From NCBI GenBank assembly GCA_963803925.1, contig CAWDOM010000005.1:5088-69087 (forward strand): DNA of 64,000 bases. Reading direction: 5' to 3'. The translations under genes and the position numbers were made by a program. The notes under the pieces were generated by a model, which was not told the origin of the DNA, did no database searches, and saw nothing but the letters and a program-made list of their open reading frames with translations. This DNA is from an uncultured Actinomycetota bacterium (GTDB lineage Bacteria; Actinomycetota; Thermoleophilia; RBG-16-64-13). Of the stretch, positions 12,249 to 21,900 are shown piece after piece; positions within the stretch are counted from its first letter, which is position 1; every line of letters starts with the position of its first letter.

Positions 12249-13121
12249 GTGACCACAGGCGTCAACCACATCACTCTGGCCGTCAGCAACCTCCAGCGGG
12301 CCATCGAGTTCTACGCGGGTGTCGTGGGTTGCGCCAAGATGGCGACGTGGACTCGGGGGGCCTATCTGCGCGCGGGCGACATGTGGGTGTGTCTGGCTCT
12401 GGATCAGGCAGCATCGGCGGAAACGGCATGCGACTACACGCACATCGCCTTCGGCTTCGATCCTCCCGGTCTGGCGGAGTTTCGAGCGCGCTTGTCGGCC
12501 TTCGGCGGCGTCGAATGGAAGGTCAACTCCAGCGAGGGAGATTCGGTCTACTTCCTCGATCCTGATGGTCGTAGGCTCGAGGCTCACGTAGGCGATCTCG
12601 AGTCGAGGCTCGAATCGCTTCGCGAGTCGCCGTACGAGGGCCTCGCCCTGCACGCCCTCTACTATCACTTCCCCAGCAAGTTGAACCTCTATGCGGAGGT
12701 GCTTGACGAGGTGCTTGCCGGCCTGCGCGCGATCATCGCCCAGGCGGCCCTCAGGGAGAGCCCAGAGAGGCGGCTACATGAGTTGGTCAAGAACTACCTG
12801 GAGTTCGGCATGCGGGAGAGAAACCTCGTCAACGCCCTGGTGGTCAACCTGGCCCCCGAGGACGCCGATCTTCGCTCCCGCGTCTTACACTCGAGGAAGG
12901 AACTGGCCGGTCAGATGGAGCCCATCGTGCGCGAGATCATCGCGACCTCGAGCTTGTCCGCCCGAACCGATGCCCGCGGCCTCACCGGGAGGCTGGTGGC
13001 CCTCATGGACGGGCTCCTGGTGGAGTACTCGTTCCTTGACCAGACCGTCGATCCCCAAGAAGTGGCCGACCAGGTTCTAGCGGTTCTCGACTTGCTCGGC
13101 GTGCAGCCGGCGAGCGCTTAG
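12249..13121 (+). CDS. in-frame chimera: FosA-type (VOC/glyoxalase-fold) fosfomycin-resistance-like domain fused to a TetR-family regulator that lacks most of its HTH
   Basis: GTG at 12249 with GGGAGAGG upstream gives VTTGVNHITLAVSNLQRAIEFY...GAYLRAGDMWVCLALD...DYTHIAFG...WKVNSSEGDSVYFLDPDGRRLEAHVGDLESRLESLRESPYEGL. This aligns end-to-end with FosA as I recall it. It is followed immediately by ALHALYYHFPSKLNLYAEVL..., which is the end of TetR helix 3 plus the ligand domain. Confidence 0.75.
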   Translation: MTTGVNHITLAVSNLQRAIEFYAGVVGCAKMATWTRGAYLRAGDMWVCLALDQAASAETACDYTHIAFGFDPPGLAEFRARLSAFGGVEWKVNSSEGDSVYFLDPDGRRLEAHVGDLESRLESLRESPYEGLALHALYYHFPSKLNLYAEVLDEVLAGLRAIIAQAALRESPERRLHELVKNYLEFGMRERNLVNALVVNLAPEDADLRSRVLHSRKELAGQMEPIVREIIATSSLSARTDARGLTGRLVALMDGLLVEYSFLDQTVDPQEVADQVLAVLDLLGVQPASA

Positions 13122-13125
13122 CAGC

Positions 13126-13716
13126 ATGTCGGTGTATTCGCTCGCCCGCTGGATGAGTCTGATTGGGCTGCGCATCTTCTTCAGGATGAGAATCGCGTTC
13201 GGAGAGCGCATCCCGCCGAGCGGCCCCCTCGTCGTCGTGGCCAATCACGAGAGTCTGCTCGACGCGTTCGTCGTCGCCGCCACGCTGCACCGGCAGGCGA
13301 CCTTCCTTTCCGCGCCCCGTCTGTTCAGCCTTCCGGTGGTGGGCTCGTTCCTGCGCCGGGTGGGCGCCCTCCCCGCGTACGGTCAAGGCGATGACGTGGC
13401 CAGCCTTCGCGAAGCCATCCGCATCCTACAGAAAGGCGGCGTGGTGGTCGTGTTTCCTCAGGGAGGCATCGCACGCGCCCCGTTCTTCGGGGGAGCTGTC
13501 TTTCTGGCCATCAAGGGGCAAGCGCCGCTCGTTCCCATACGTATCCTGGGCACCAAATGCGCACTGCCTCCCGGACGCATGTGGCCGTCGTTGTTTGCCC
13601 CCATCACTGTGAGCGTGGGACCGCCGATACCGCCCGCTGACCTGTGCGGGCCCGGCACACGCACCGGTGTGGCCGTAGCTGAAGGCAGGCGACTACTCAC
13701 GGAGCTTCTGAGCTGA
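13126..13716 (+). CDS. lysophospholipid (1-acyl-sn-glycerol-3-phosphate) acyltransferase family protein
   Basis: HX4D motif (VVANHESLLD) and an FPQGG block; 196 aa. Confidence 0.8.
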   Translation: MSVYSLARWMSLIGLRIFFRMRIAFGERIPPSGPLVVVANHESLLDAFVVAATLHRQATFLSAPRLFSLPVVGSFLRRVGALPAYGQGDDVASLREAIRILQKGGVVVVFPQGGIARAPFFGGAVFLAIKGQAPLVPIRILGTKCALPPGRMWPSLFAPITVSVGPPIPPADLCGPGTRTGVAVAEGRRLLTELLS

Positions 13717-14624
13717 TGAGCCGGGTGAAGCTCGGGCTCGTTCTCGGCAGCGGCAGTGCTCGGGGACTCATGCATATTGGCGTCCTCAAGGTATGGGAGC
13801 GGGAGCAGTTGCCCCTTGACCTCATCGTGGGAACGAGCATGGGAGCTCTTGTTGGCGGGGTGTATGCCTGCGGTGTGACGGCGCTCGAGATGGAGGAGAT
13901 CGCTCTGTCGATCGATATGAGGCGTCTCGTGTCGCTGGCGGACGTTCGGCTTCCGAGTACCGCGCTTCTCAACGGCCGTCGCGTGGAAAGGTTCATTCGT
14001 GGGCTGGTCGATGGCAAGACGTTCGCCGACACGATCGTTCCCTTCGCCTGCGTAGCTACCGACTTGGAGGCGGGCCGGGAAGTCGTGCTACGCGACGGCG
14101 ACCTGGCCACCGCGATCAAGGCCAGCACCTCCATGCCCGTCATCTTCGCGCCCACCAAGAGGGAGGGGCTGACTCTCGTGGACGGCGCGGTCGTGAACCC
14201 CGTGCCCGTCGACGTGGCCACGAACCTGGGGGCGCATCTGGTGGTCGCGGTGACTACCTTTGGCGTTGGAGGAACCCTTGCCTCCTTCGCCTTGGATTCC
14301 GCGGAAGACGCCGAATGCCGCGCACTCCCGACGGTGGGCCCTTCCCGACCCGCCTGCCCAAGAGCTACGTCCTTCTTCAGGGGTAGACGGGGGCTGCCTT
14401 CTGTCTCCCAGGCCGCTTTCGCGTCTGTCGGCGTCATGCAGCGGGGTCTCTCCGAACCCCGGCTCCAGGCGGCTGGTCTCGTGATCGCTCCCGAGGTCGA
14501 CGGAGTGTCTCTCTACAGCTATCGGGAAGCCGAGAAGATCATCGCCTCGGGTGAGCGAGCCGCTGAGAAGTCGGTAGGAGCCGTGGAGCGACTGGTGGCG
14601 CTCGAGACCGCCCTTGTCGGCTGA
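13716..14624 (+). CDS. patatin-like phospholipase
   Basis: GSGSARG oxyanion motif and a GTSMG nucleophile elbow. The start overlaps the upstream stop (TGATG). Confidence 0.85.
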   Translation: MSRVKLGLVLGSGSARGLMHIGVLKVWEREQLPLDLIVGTSMGALVGGVYACGVTALEMEEIALSIDMRRLVSLADVRLPSTALLNGRRVERFIRGLVDGKTFADTIVPFACVATDLEAGREVVLRDGDLATAIKASTSMPVIFAPTKREGLTLVDGAVVNPVPVDVATNLGAHLVVAVTTFGVGGTLASFALDSAEDAECRALPTVGPSRPACPRATSFFRGRRGLPSVSQAAFASVGVMQRGLSEPRLQAAGLVIAPEVDGVSLYSYREAEKIIASGERAAEKSVGAVERLVALETALVG

Positions 14625-14764
14625 GGGAGTGACGAGAGCGACTTCTTCAGGAGACCGTTGCCATTCCCGTGCGCCAGCGACTAAGCTGAAGACCAACGAG
14701 TTCGCGACCGGTCTCGCGCCGCGTCGCGCAACTCCGGGGGCCGTCGAGAAGGCCGGACTTCGTC

Positions 14765-16075
14765 GTGATGCCCCGCACCACCGAAGAGGTCTCGGCCATC
14801 GTCAAGGCGGCCAACGAGCACAAGGTGCCGGTCACACCCAAGGGGACCGTCGGCGCGACCGGCCACGGCGGTCCTCTCAGGGGTGGCATCCTCCTCGACC
14901 TCACGCTCATGGACAAGATAGTGCTCATCGACCCGGTGAACATGAAGGCCATAGCCGAGGGGGGCTGCAGCTTCTTCAAACTCGCGCAGGAGCTGTTCAA
15001 GGTAGGGCTCATGCTGCCCACCGCGCCCTACGGTCCGGGACCCAACGTCGCCGCCTCGGCGATCACTCCGGTGAACGCGTTTGGCGAGACCAGGTACGGC
15101 GCGAACATCAACCTGGTCGAAGGGTTCGAGGTGGTCCTACCCTCGGGAGAGATCACGAACGTCGGCTCCATGGCGTACGCCGGCACGGATTTTGGTGCGT
15201 ACTACCGGTACATCACGGGTCCTGACCTCGTCGGTCTCTTCACCAGGTCCAACGGCGCCTTCGGCATTGTCACGAAAGTGGCCTATCGATGCTTGAGGAA
15301 GCCGAGACTATGGGCCTTCCACTCGTACTACTGGTCCATGGAGAAGATCCAGGACATGACCAGCGCGCTCATGGAATCGACCGCGGTAGAGACCTTCGGT
15401 GTCCATCTCATGGACAGATGGTGCTGGGTCAAGATCAACGACCTGGATCTGCCCGAGGATTGCCAGTTTCTTCTCCTGTTCCTCCTCAACGCGGAAAACG
15501 AGCAGGAGTTGAAGGGCAAGGAACAGACCATGGCGGAGATCTGCGAAACGCGCGGTGGCACCGTTTTCCCGGGCTTCGCGGAAGATTTCTACACGCGATG
15601 GCCGACCCACTTCTTCTTCATGGAGATGGTCCTTCCGCCCCGGAAGAGCCTGCCCGCCAGGATGCCGCGGCGCTACATGTACATCTTCGACGAGTTGGTC
15701 TATCCGACATCGTGGCTTCCCGAGGCGTATGCGACCATCCGCCGGCTTCTCGAGAAGTACGGAATGGGCGGAAGAGAGCAGCCGGTCGGCTTCTCCGGCT
15801 TTCCCATGAACGCGCAGACCCTCTCCGCCCACAGTTGGGGAGCCTTTGACGACAGCGACCAGGAGCTCATGGAACGCTTTCATGCATGCCAGGCGGAATT
15901 CAGAGAATGGTTCGGCGAGAGGGGCGGCACCTTTCAGATGAGAATTCCTCCCCTCGCACCCCCCTATGCCTGGACGAATCAGATGGGGGCCTTCAGTCTT
16001 CTCCGAACCATCAAGTCCGCCCTCGACCCCAACGACATCATGAGCCCCGGCACCTTCGAGCTCGAGGAGGTGTGA
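14765..16075 (+). CDS. FAD-linked oxidase (FAD_binding_4, GlcD-like). The N-terminus looks ~45 aa short relative to its paralogue at 30352..31872.
   Basis: ...PDFVVMPRTTEEVSAIVKAANEHKVPVTPKGTVGATGHGG. The reading frame is open upstream to 14690 but has no start codon. Confidence 0.8.
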   Translation: MMPRTTEEVSAIVKAANEHKVPVTPKGTVGATGHGGPLRGGILLDLTLMDKIVLIDPVNMKAIAEGGCSFFKLAQELFKVGLMLPTAPYGPGPNVAASAITPVNAFGETRYGANINLVEGFEVVLPSGEITNVGSMAYAGTDFGAYYRYITGPDLVGLFTRSNGAFGIVTKVAYRCLRKPRLWAFHSYYWSMEKIQDMTSALMESTAVETFGVHLMDRWCWVKINDLDLPEDCQFLLLFLLNAENEQELKGKEQTMAEICETRGGTVFPGFAEDFYTRWPTHFFFMEMVLPPRKSLPARMPRRYMYIFDELVYPTSWLPEAYATIRRLLEKYGMGGREQPVGFSGFPMNAQTLSAHSWGAFDDSDQELMERFHACQAEFREWFGERGGTFQMRIPPLAPPYAWTNQMGAFSLLRTIKSALDPNDIMSPGTFELEEV

Positions 16076-16076
16076 C

Positions 16077-17282
16077 GTGGAAACAGCAAGGTCGAGGAAC
16101 CTGCGCGATTTCATGGAAAGCTGGACCTTGTGCCAGCAGTGCGGCACCTGCCACGCCCGGGCGCCCATCATCCCCCACAACTGGCGCGAGCTACCGCCGC
16201 CCGAATGGTCGTCGCCGCATCACAGGTGCCCCTCGTTCGAGTACTTCGGTTTTCGTGCCTACAACGCCCAGGGACGGGGCCTTCTGGCCTCGCTCGTCTT
16301 CGACGACGAGGACTTCCCTATCACCGATGACCTGATGAAGATCGTCTACACGTGCACGAGTTGCGGTGTCTGCTCCGATATCTGCAAGGCGATCGACCCA
16401 CTCACTGCCATATGGGCGCTGCGAGAGGAGCTTGTCCGTCGCGGCGCCCGACTTCCTGAGCCCCTGAACAAGACGCACACACGCATCGCGCAGCACGGGA
16501 ATAGACTCGGGTCGACGCGACCGGCCCGCATCGAGGGGCTGCCTTCTTCGGGCGAGAATGTGTTCTTCGCCGGCTGCGACGTCCGTTCTTCTCAACCGCA
16601 GGTCATCGAAGCGGTGGCCGCGGTTCTGCGACGTGCCGGCATGCAGGTGGCCTATCTCGCCGACCGGGAGCGGTGTTGCGGCTTCATTCCGGGCTACGAC
16701 GGCGCCGCGGAGCTCATGCAACAACAGGCCCTCCACAACGTCGAGACCCTCAGAAGCGCAGGAGCCAAGAAGGTGATCGTCTCCTGTGCCCACTGCTATC
16801 GAGCACTGAGGTTCGACTATCCCCTGATCGTCGGAGATCTTCCCTTCGAAGTGGTGCATTTCTCGGAGCTACTCGCGGGTCTTCTCGAAGAGAAGAGGAT
16901 TCGGTTCGAGAGTGCTGTGGACGAACAGGTGACCTACCACGACCCCTGCTTCCTTGGACGGCATTCAGGGGTCTATGACGCCCCGCGGGCAGTGATCGAG
17001 GCCATTCCCGGCATTCGCCTGCAGGAGATGGACAGGAGCAGACGCTGGTCGTACTGCTGCGGATCGGGCGCGAAAATAAGCTCCGCCTGCTATCCCGAGT
17101 TCAGTGCCTCGGTGACGAGAGAGCGTCTTCAGGAGGGCAAGCGTGCGGCCGGCACCATCGTTTCAGCCTGCACCACCTGCGTCTCCCGGATGAGCAAGGC
17201 GGCGAGAAGAGAGAAGCTGGACGTGCGAGTGCTCGACATCTCAGTGTTTGCGGCGAAGGCCCTAGGCATCGAGCCGGTGTGA
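16077..17282 (+). CDS. (Fe-S)-binding protein with two CCG domains (GlcF/HdrD-like)
   Basis: CQQCGTC and CTSCGVCSDIC ferredoxin motifs; CCG motifs (RCCGF, YCCGSG). It starts 2 nt after the oxidase stop. Confidence 0.85.
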   Translation: METARSRNLRDFMESWTLCQQCGTCHARAPIIPHNWRELPPPEWSSPHHRCPSFEYFGFRAYNAQGRGLLASLVFDDEDFPITDDLMKIVYTCTSCGVCSDICKAIDPLTAIWALREELVRRGARLPEPLNKTHTRIAQHGNRLGSTRPARIEGLPSSGENVFFAGCDVRSSQPQVIEAVAAVLRRAGMQVAYLADRERCCGFIPGYDGAAELMQQQALHNVETLRSAGAKKVIVSCAHCYRALRFDYPLIVGDLPFEVVHFSELLAGLLEEKRIRFESAVDEQVTYHDPCFLGRHSGVYDAPRAVIEAIPGIRLQEMDRSRRWSYCCGSGAKISSACYPEFSASVTRERLQEGKRAAGTIVSACTTCVSRMSKAARREKLDVRVLDISVFAAKALGIEPV

Positions 17283-18119
17283 CCCCGTCGCGGCTACCGC
17301 CGTCAGGGGGTTTCCGTCTTGCAGAATGCTTTCCATGCGTTGTTGAATGAGCCGCCCGGAATCGGGGTGCGTGAGAATGTAGAACTTCTCATCGACGATG
17401 GCCTGAAAGGCAATCTCGGCGACACGCCGCGGTGAGAGTCCGGTCTTGACGGCCTCGATGCCCTCGGGACTCTCCGGCCGATCGGCACCGGGTTCGTTCT
17501 GAAGTTCGGCGGGTCGATTACGTGCCGACTCTATGATGCGTGTATTGACAGAAGCGGGGCAGAGAACGGATACCCCGATTTTCGCCCCCCTCTCCGCCAG
17601 TTCACAGTGCAGTGTCTCTGAAAGCGACACCACGCCGTACTTGGTTACCTGGTAGACCCCCATGCCCGGGCCGGAGATCAGCCCTCCTAGTGAGGCGGTG
17701 TTCAGGATGTGACACTCCGTTTCCTGCCTCAGCATGATGGGGACGAATGTCCGAACCCCGTAGATGACACTCCAGAGATTCACTCCTATGACCCACTCCC
17801 AATCGGCGGTGGAGCTTTCCCAAACCGGCTTGTTGATGCCCACTCCCGCATTGTTGACGAGCAGATGGACGCCGCCAAAAGCCGCAACGGCCCTTTCTGC
17901 CAATGCTTCGATGTCATCCTCTTTGGAAACGTCGGTCCGAACCGCCAATACGGTCCCCCCCGCGGCCTGCAGTTCCTGCTCGGCGCGAGCCAGAGCCGGC
18001 TCCTCGATATCGGCCAGGACTACCTTCATTTCTTCCCCGGCGCACCGCTCGGCTATCGCCCTGCCGATGCCGCTGGCCGCCCCTGTGACGACCGCCACTT
18101 TGCCCTTGAAGTTCTTCAT
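17262..18119 (-). CDS. short-chain dehydrogenase/reductase
   Basis: TGAASGIGRA, NNAG and a YxxxK (YQVTK) motif. The 3' end overlaps the convergent gene by 21 nt. Confidence 0.85.
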   Translation of the reverse strand: MKNFKGKVAVVTGAASGIGRAIAERCAGEEMKVVLADIEEPALARAEQELQAAGGTVLAVRTDVSKEDDIEALAERAVAAFGGVHLLVNNAGVGINKPVWESSTADWEWVIGVNLWSVIYGVRTFVPIMLRQETECHILNTASLGGLISGPGMGVYQVTKYGVVSLSETLHCELAERGAKIGVSVLCPASVNTRIIESARNRPAELQNEPGADRPESPEGIEAVKTGLSPRRVAEIAFQAIVDEKFYILTHPDSGRLIQQRMESILQDGNPLTAVAATGSHRLDA

Positions 18120-18268
18120 GGTTCTCCTCGACGCTACGTCGATACCGGTGGGACGGTCGTCTTGCGCGGCGTCATTTGGTGGGTCCCCCCTCTCGGTTCT
18201 CAGTGGTTTTTTGCCATGCTAGCTGATTTCCTCGGCCTGCACCCCGAGAGACGGCGCGCCGAGAGCGT

Positions 18269-20200
18269 CTAGATGTTGAGCCCGGCCTCGTAGCCTTCCT
18301 CGAGGGCCTCGTAGACCGTTCGCACGGAAGCGGCATCGCCCACTGTGCGCACATCGGTCGCGGAGCCCGCCAGCTCTGCCACCAGGTTGTTGACCGGTTT
18401 CATTCCTCCAGCCAGTACCACGTTGTCGAAGGAGCCCAGCGTCTTCTTCTCTCCGCCCTGAACGATCTCCACCAACCCGTCGGCGGTTATGCCCGTTACC
18501 GTCGAATTGCAGTAGATAGGGACTTCTTTGTCTTTCAGCGACTTGAACAGCACGGCCTTGATGGCAAGCGGTTCCTCGCCGGCAAGGTCGCAGAGCATCT
18601 CGATGATGGTCGGCTTGCGGCCGTGATGCGCAAGATGGTTCGCGGTCTCGCAACCGATCATGCCGCCGCCGATGACGGCACACGTTACTCCGAGCGACGC
18701 CGTCCCGTCGAGCACTTCTTGCGCCGTGGTGACGAAGCTCTGATCGAGCCCGGAGATCTTCATCGACGCAGGCGTGCTTCCGGTCGCGACGATCACGGCG
18801 TCGGGCTTCTGGTCCTTGACCATCTGCGCCGTCAGAGCCGTGTTCATGACCACCCTGACGCCCAGTTTCTCCAGCATGTTCAGCTGCCAGGCGAGAAAGG
18901 CCGATATCTCTCCCTTGCACGGGGGAACAGCCGCCAGGTAGAACTGACCGCCCAGGCGCTTGTCCTTCTCGAAGAGGGTTACGTCGTGGCCCCGCTGCGC
19001 CGCCACAATCGCAGCCTCCATTCCGGCGGGACCGCCTCCGGCCACGAAGACCTTCTTCTTCCGGGGCGCCGGCGTGATGGCGAACTCGTTCTCGCGCCCC
19101 GTGCGCGGGTTCACAGTGCAGCGCACGGGCAGCTGCGAGATCACCCTGGTCTCACAGCCCTGCATGCAGGCCGTGCACTGGATGATGTCCTCGAAGCGGC
19201 CCTCCTTGGCCTTGTTCGGCAACTCCGGATCGGCCAACGAGGCACGCCCCATGACGATCGCGTCGGCTTTGCCGTTGGACACGACCGATTCGGCGATGAG
19301 CGGGTCGTTGATGCGCGCCACGGTGAGCACCGGTACGTCGACGACGCTCTTGACCGCCGCCGCGTGATCGGTGATCCAGCCGTGCGCTACGGCGCCGGTG
19401 GTCACCATGACCTGGTGGCTGCCGTCGGTGCCGACCGAAACGTCGAAGGCGACGACCCCTGCCTGCTCGAGCAGCCTCACCTGCGCCTTCGTGTCCTCGA
19501 TCGTACGGCCGCCTGGAACCATCTCATCGGCCGAGATGCGGAACTGGATGGGGAAATCGTCGCCGCACTTCGCTCGGATGTTGGCGATGATCTCCAGCGG
19601 GAGCCGCATGCGGTTGACCAGGTTGCCGCCGTACTTGTCGAAGCGCTTGTTCGAGTACGAAGACATGAACTGCGCTATCAGGTAGCCGTGTCCGCCGTGG
19701 ACCTCCACCCCGTCGAACCCGGCCTTCTTGGCGCGCAGGGCGCAGTCGCCGAACTGCTCGACTACCGTCGCGATCTCGTCGAGCGTGAGTGCGTGCGGTG
19801 TCTCGAGCGTGAACGGGCACGGAATGGCTGTCGGCGCCACTGCGTCCATGCCGGTGATAGCTCGCGCCGCCTGCCTCCCGGCATGGTAGATCTGGGCGAA
19901 AATGGCCGCTCCGTGCTTGTGCACCCGCTCGGTGAGCTCGGTGTGCCCGGCGATCTGGCTGTCGTCCCAAAGCCCGGCGATGCCCACGAAGGCCTTTGCG
20001 CCGGGGTTGATCGCGTAGTCCTCGGTAATGATGAGACCCCAGCCGCCCTTGGCCCTCTCCTCGTGGTACGCGATGTAGGTCTCGGTCGCCTGGCCATCGG
20101 TCGTGCAGTAGTTCACCACCATGGGCGAGACGACGAACCGGTTCTTGCTCGTGACACTCCCTATCCGCAGGGGGGTGAACATGTGCTTCATTTCGATCAT
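18269..20200 (-). CDS. OYE-type NADH:flavin oxidoreductase fused to an FAD/NAD(P) domain (2-enoate reductase / 2,4-dienoyl-CoA reductase family)
   Basis: Intact 643-aa ORF with AAAGGAG upstream. OYE N-terminus (FTPLRIG...NRFVVSPM), a CTACMQGC...C Fe-S motif and a GGGPAGMEAA dinucleotide fold. Confidence 0.85.
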   Translation of the reverse strand: MIEMKHMFTPLRIGSVTSKNRFVVSPMVVNYCTTDGQATETYIAYHEERAKGGWGLIITEDYAINPGAKAFVGIAGLWDDSQIAGHTELTERVHKHGAAIFAQIYHAGRQAARAITGMDAVAPTAIPCPFTLETPHALTLDEIATVVEQFGDCALRAKKAGFDGVEVHGGHGYLIAQFMSSYSNKRFDKYGGNLVNRMRLPLEIIANIRAKCGDDFPIQFRISADEMVPGGRTIEDTKAQVRLLEQAGVVAFDVSVGTDGSHQVMVTTGAVAHGWITDHAAAVKSVVDVPVLTVARINDPLIAESVVSNGKADAIVMGRASLADPELPNKAKEGRFEDIIQCTACMQGCETRVISQLPVRCTVNPRTGRENEFAITPAPRKKKVFVAGGGPAGMEAAIVAAQRGHDVTLFEKDKRLGGQFYLAAVPPCKGEISAFLAWQLNMLEKLGVRVVMNTALTAQMVKDQKPDAVIVATGSTPASMKISGLDQSFVTTAQEVLDGTASLGVTCAVIGGGMIGCETANHLAHHGRKPTIIEMLCDLAGEEPLAIKAVLFKSLKDKEVPIYCNSTVTGITADGLVEIVQGGEKKTLGSFDNVVLAGGMKPVNNLVAELAGSATDVRTVGDAASVRTVYEALEEGYEAGLNI

Positions 20201-20336
20201 GGCCAGGCTCCTTTGGCTGACTTCAAATCAACGGAGCGACCGCGGCGCATTGAACAGCCGCGCCGCGGTCGGTAGCGGCAAGTCCGCGGCCACGGCCGCT
20301 CCTGTCTGTCACACTCTCGCGAGCCCCCGCTCCCGT

Positions 20337-21779
20337 CTAGCTATAGGTCAAGGGCTTGAACGTGTCTTCCTTCGGAACGTTAGCGGCGGCCTTGTTGCCC
20401 ACGATCAGCTGGTCGTACGGCCACTTGCCCTTGCCCTTCTGCCACTGCACGACGCAGAGCGGCGACTTGTAGCAGTTGGGGGTCACGCGCGCGGGGCCGA
20501 TCGGCGCCTCGGTCGCGACCGGCACGGTGAAATCGATGTCGCCCGAGATGGTCGTCATCTTGGTCTGCTTCACCGCGTCGATGTAGGACTGAGGATCATC
20601 CAGATTCTTGGTGCGCTTCACAACGTCGATGCCCCATTCGAACACCGAGAAGTGCTGCAGCGGCTGTGTCCACTGCGCGTTGGTGCGCTTCTCGAACTCG
20701 TCGGCGAACTGCTTGCCTGTCTCGTTGATGAGCGGTGAGGTGAACGGGTAGGCCGGCGTCCACATGCTCTCGCTCGCCAGGTTGATGCAGAGATCGCCCA
20801 GGGCCTCGGCGGCCTGCGGAAACTCCAGGCACATCGACCAGGCTCCGGTCTTCGGACGGAAGCCCTGCTGGATGCACTGCTTCCAGAAGTTGGTGAAATC
20901 GGGCGGCGTGAAGAGACCCAACGAGATCTCGTCGCCGTTCCTCTTGAACTGAGCTATCTGGGCGGAGTAGTCCTCCGACCCCACCGGGTACTGATCGGTG
21001 AAATCGCCGGTGAGACCGTTGGGCTCCATGGCGCCCATCCAGGGATCCCGCCACGCGTTGCCGGGAGCGCTGTTCGACAACAGAACCGCGACCTTCTTGT
21101 TCGTCTCGATGGTGCCCCAGACGTCGACGAAGCTCGCGATGATGTCTTCCAGCCCCCAGAAGAAGTTGTAGGTCCACTTGTACTCCATGGTGGGGTCACC
21201 GCCACGGCCGAAGATGAAGTTCTGCCAGGGCACGTCCGTGCTCAGGCACGGAACCCCACCGGCCTCGCACTGGTCGGCCACCGGGTTCACCTGGTCGGCG
21301 GTGGAAGTGACGAGCATGAGGTCGATCTTCTCGTTGTTGATCAAGTCTCCGGCCACAGCCGCCGCCCGACCGGTGTCGGACTGGCCATCCCTAGCGATGA
21401 ACTTGATGGGGTGTGTGGCTCCATCGCTGCAGACCAGCCCACCCGCGACTGCTTCGGTGGCGCGCTCCAGACAGTACTGGTCGGGTACGCCGAAGGCAGC
21501 CAGCATGCCGGTCTTGGGCGTCACGAAACCCACCTTGAGCTCACGACCGGCTGCCGGCGCCGCGCTCACGGTTGTCGTGCTGGCCAAGGCGGTGGTGGTG
21601 GTAGCGGCCATCGATGTGGTCGTTGCCGCCGCTGTCGTGGCCGTGGTCCCGGCGGTCTCGTCGGCGCCGCACGCGGTGATCAGCCCGCCAAGCCCGGCGC
21701 CAAGTCCTATGCCCGCCCCGGTGATGCCCGCGATCTTGAGGAACTCTCGACGACTGACATTTCTGGTCTCATCGGTCAT
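20337..21779 (-). CDS. ABC substrate-binding lipoprotein (LivK/type-I fold) with Tat-type signal; no cognate permease adjacent
   Basis: MTDETRNVSRREFLKIAGITGAG...LITAC lipobox, followed by a Thr/Ala linker. Confidence 0.85.
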   Translation of the reverse strand: MTDETRNVSRREFLKIAGITGAGIGLGAGLGGLITACGADETAGTTATTAAATTTSMAATTTTALASTTTVSAAPAAGRELKVGFVTPKTGMLAAFGVPDQYCLERATEAVAGGLVCSDGATHPIKFIARDGQSDTGRAAAVAGDLINNEKIDLMLVTSTADQVNPVADQCEAGGVPCLSTDVPWQNFIFGRGGDPTMEYKWTYNFFWGLEDIIASFVDVWGTIETNKKVAVLLSNSAPGNAWRDPWMGAMEPNGLTGDFTDQYPVGSEDYSAQIAQFKRNGDEISLGLFTPPDFTNFWKQCIQQGFRPKTGAWSMCLEFPQAAEALGDLCINLASESMWTPAYPFTSPLINETGKQFADEFEKRTNAQWTQPLQHFSVFEWGIDVVKRTKNLDDPQSYIDAVKQTKMTTISGDIDFTVPVATEAPIGPARVTPNCYKSPLCVVQWQKGKGKWPYDQLIVGNKAAANVPKEDTFKPLTYS

Positions 21780-21900
21780 TGGTGCAACTCCTGTTCTGGA
21801 AAGCCCTTTGCCGTGCCCGTTCGTCAAACCCGTCCTGTCCATGCCTCCTTTCAACCACCAGAGCGCGATGGCGGCCAGACGCCAGTCTTCAGCCCATCCG

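Noticed and set aside
18623-20275. 550-aa plus-strand ORF
   Set aside because: It is antisense to the intact 643-aa OYE-type reductase and its composition is low-complexity (R/A/G/H/D). The same reasoning applies to 21178..22596, 10741..11895, 31765..32991, 33056..34405, 43211..44074, 44085..45479, 46461..47282, 47899..49044 and 62993..63832.
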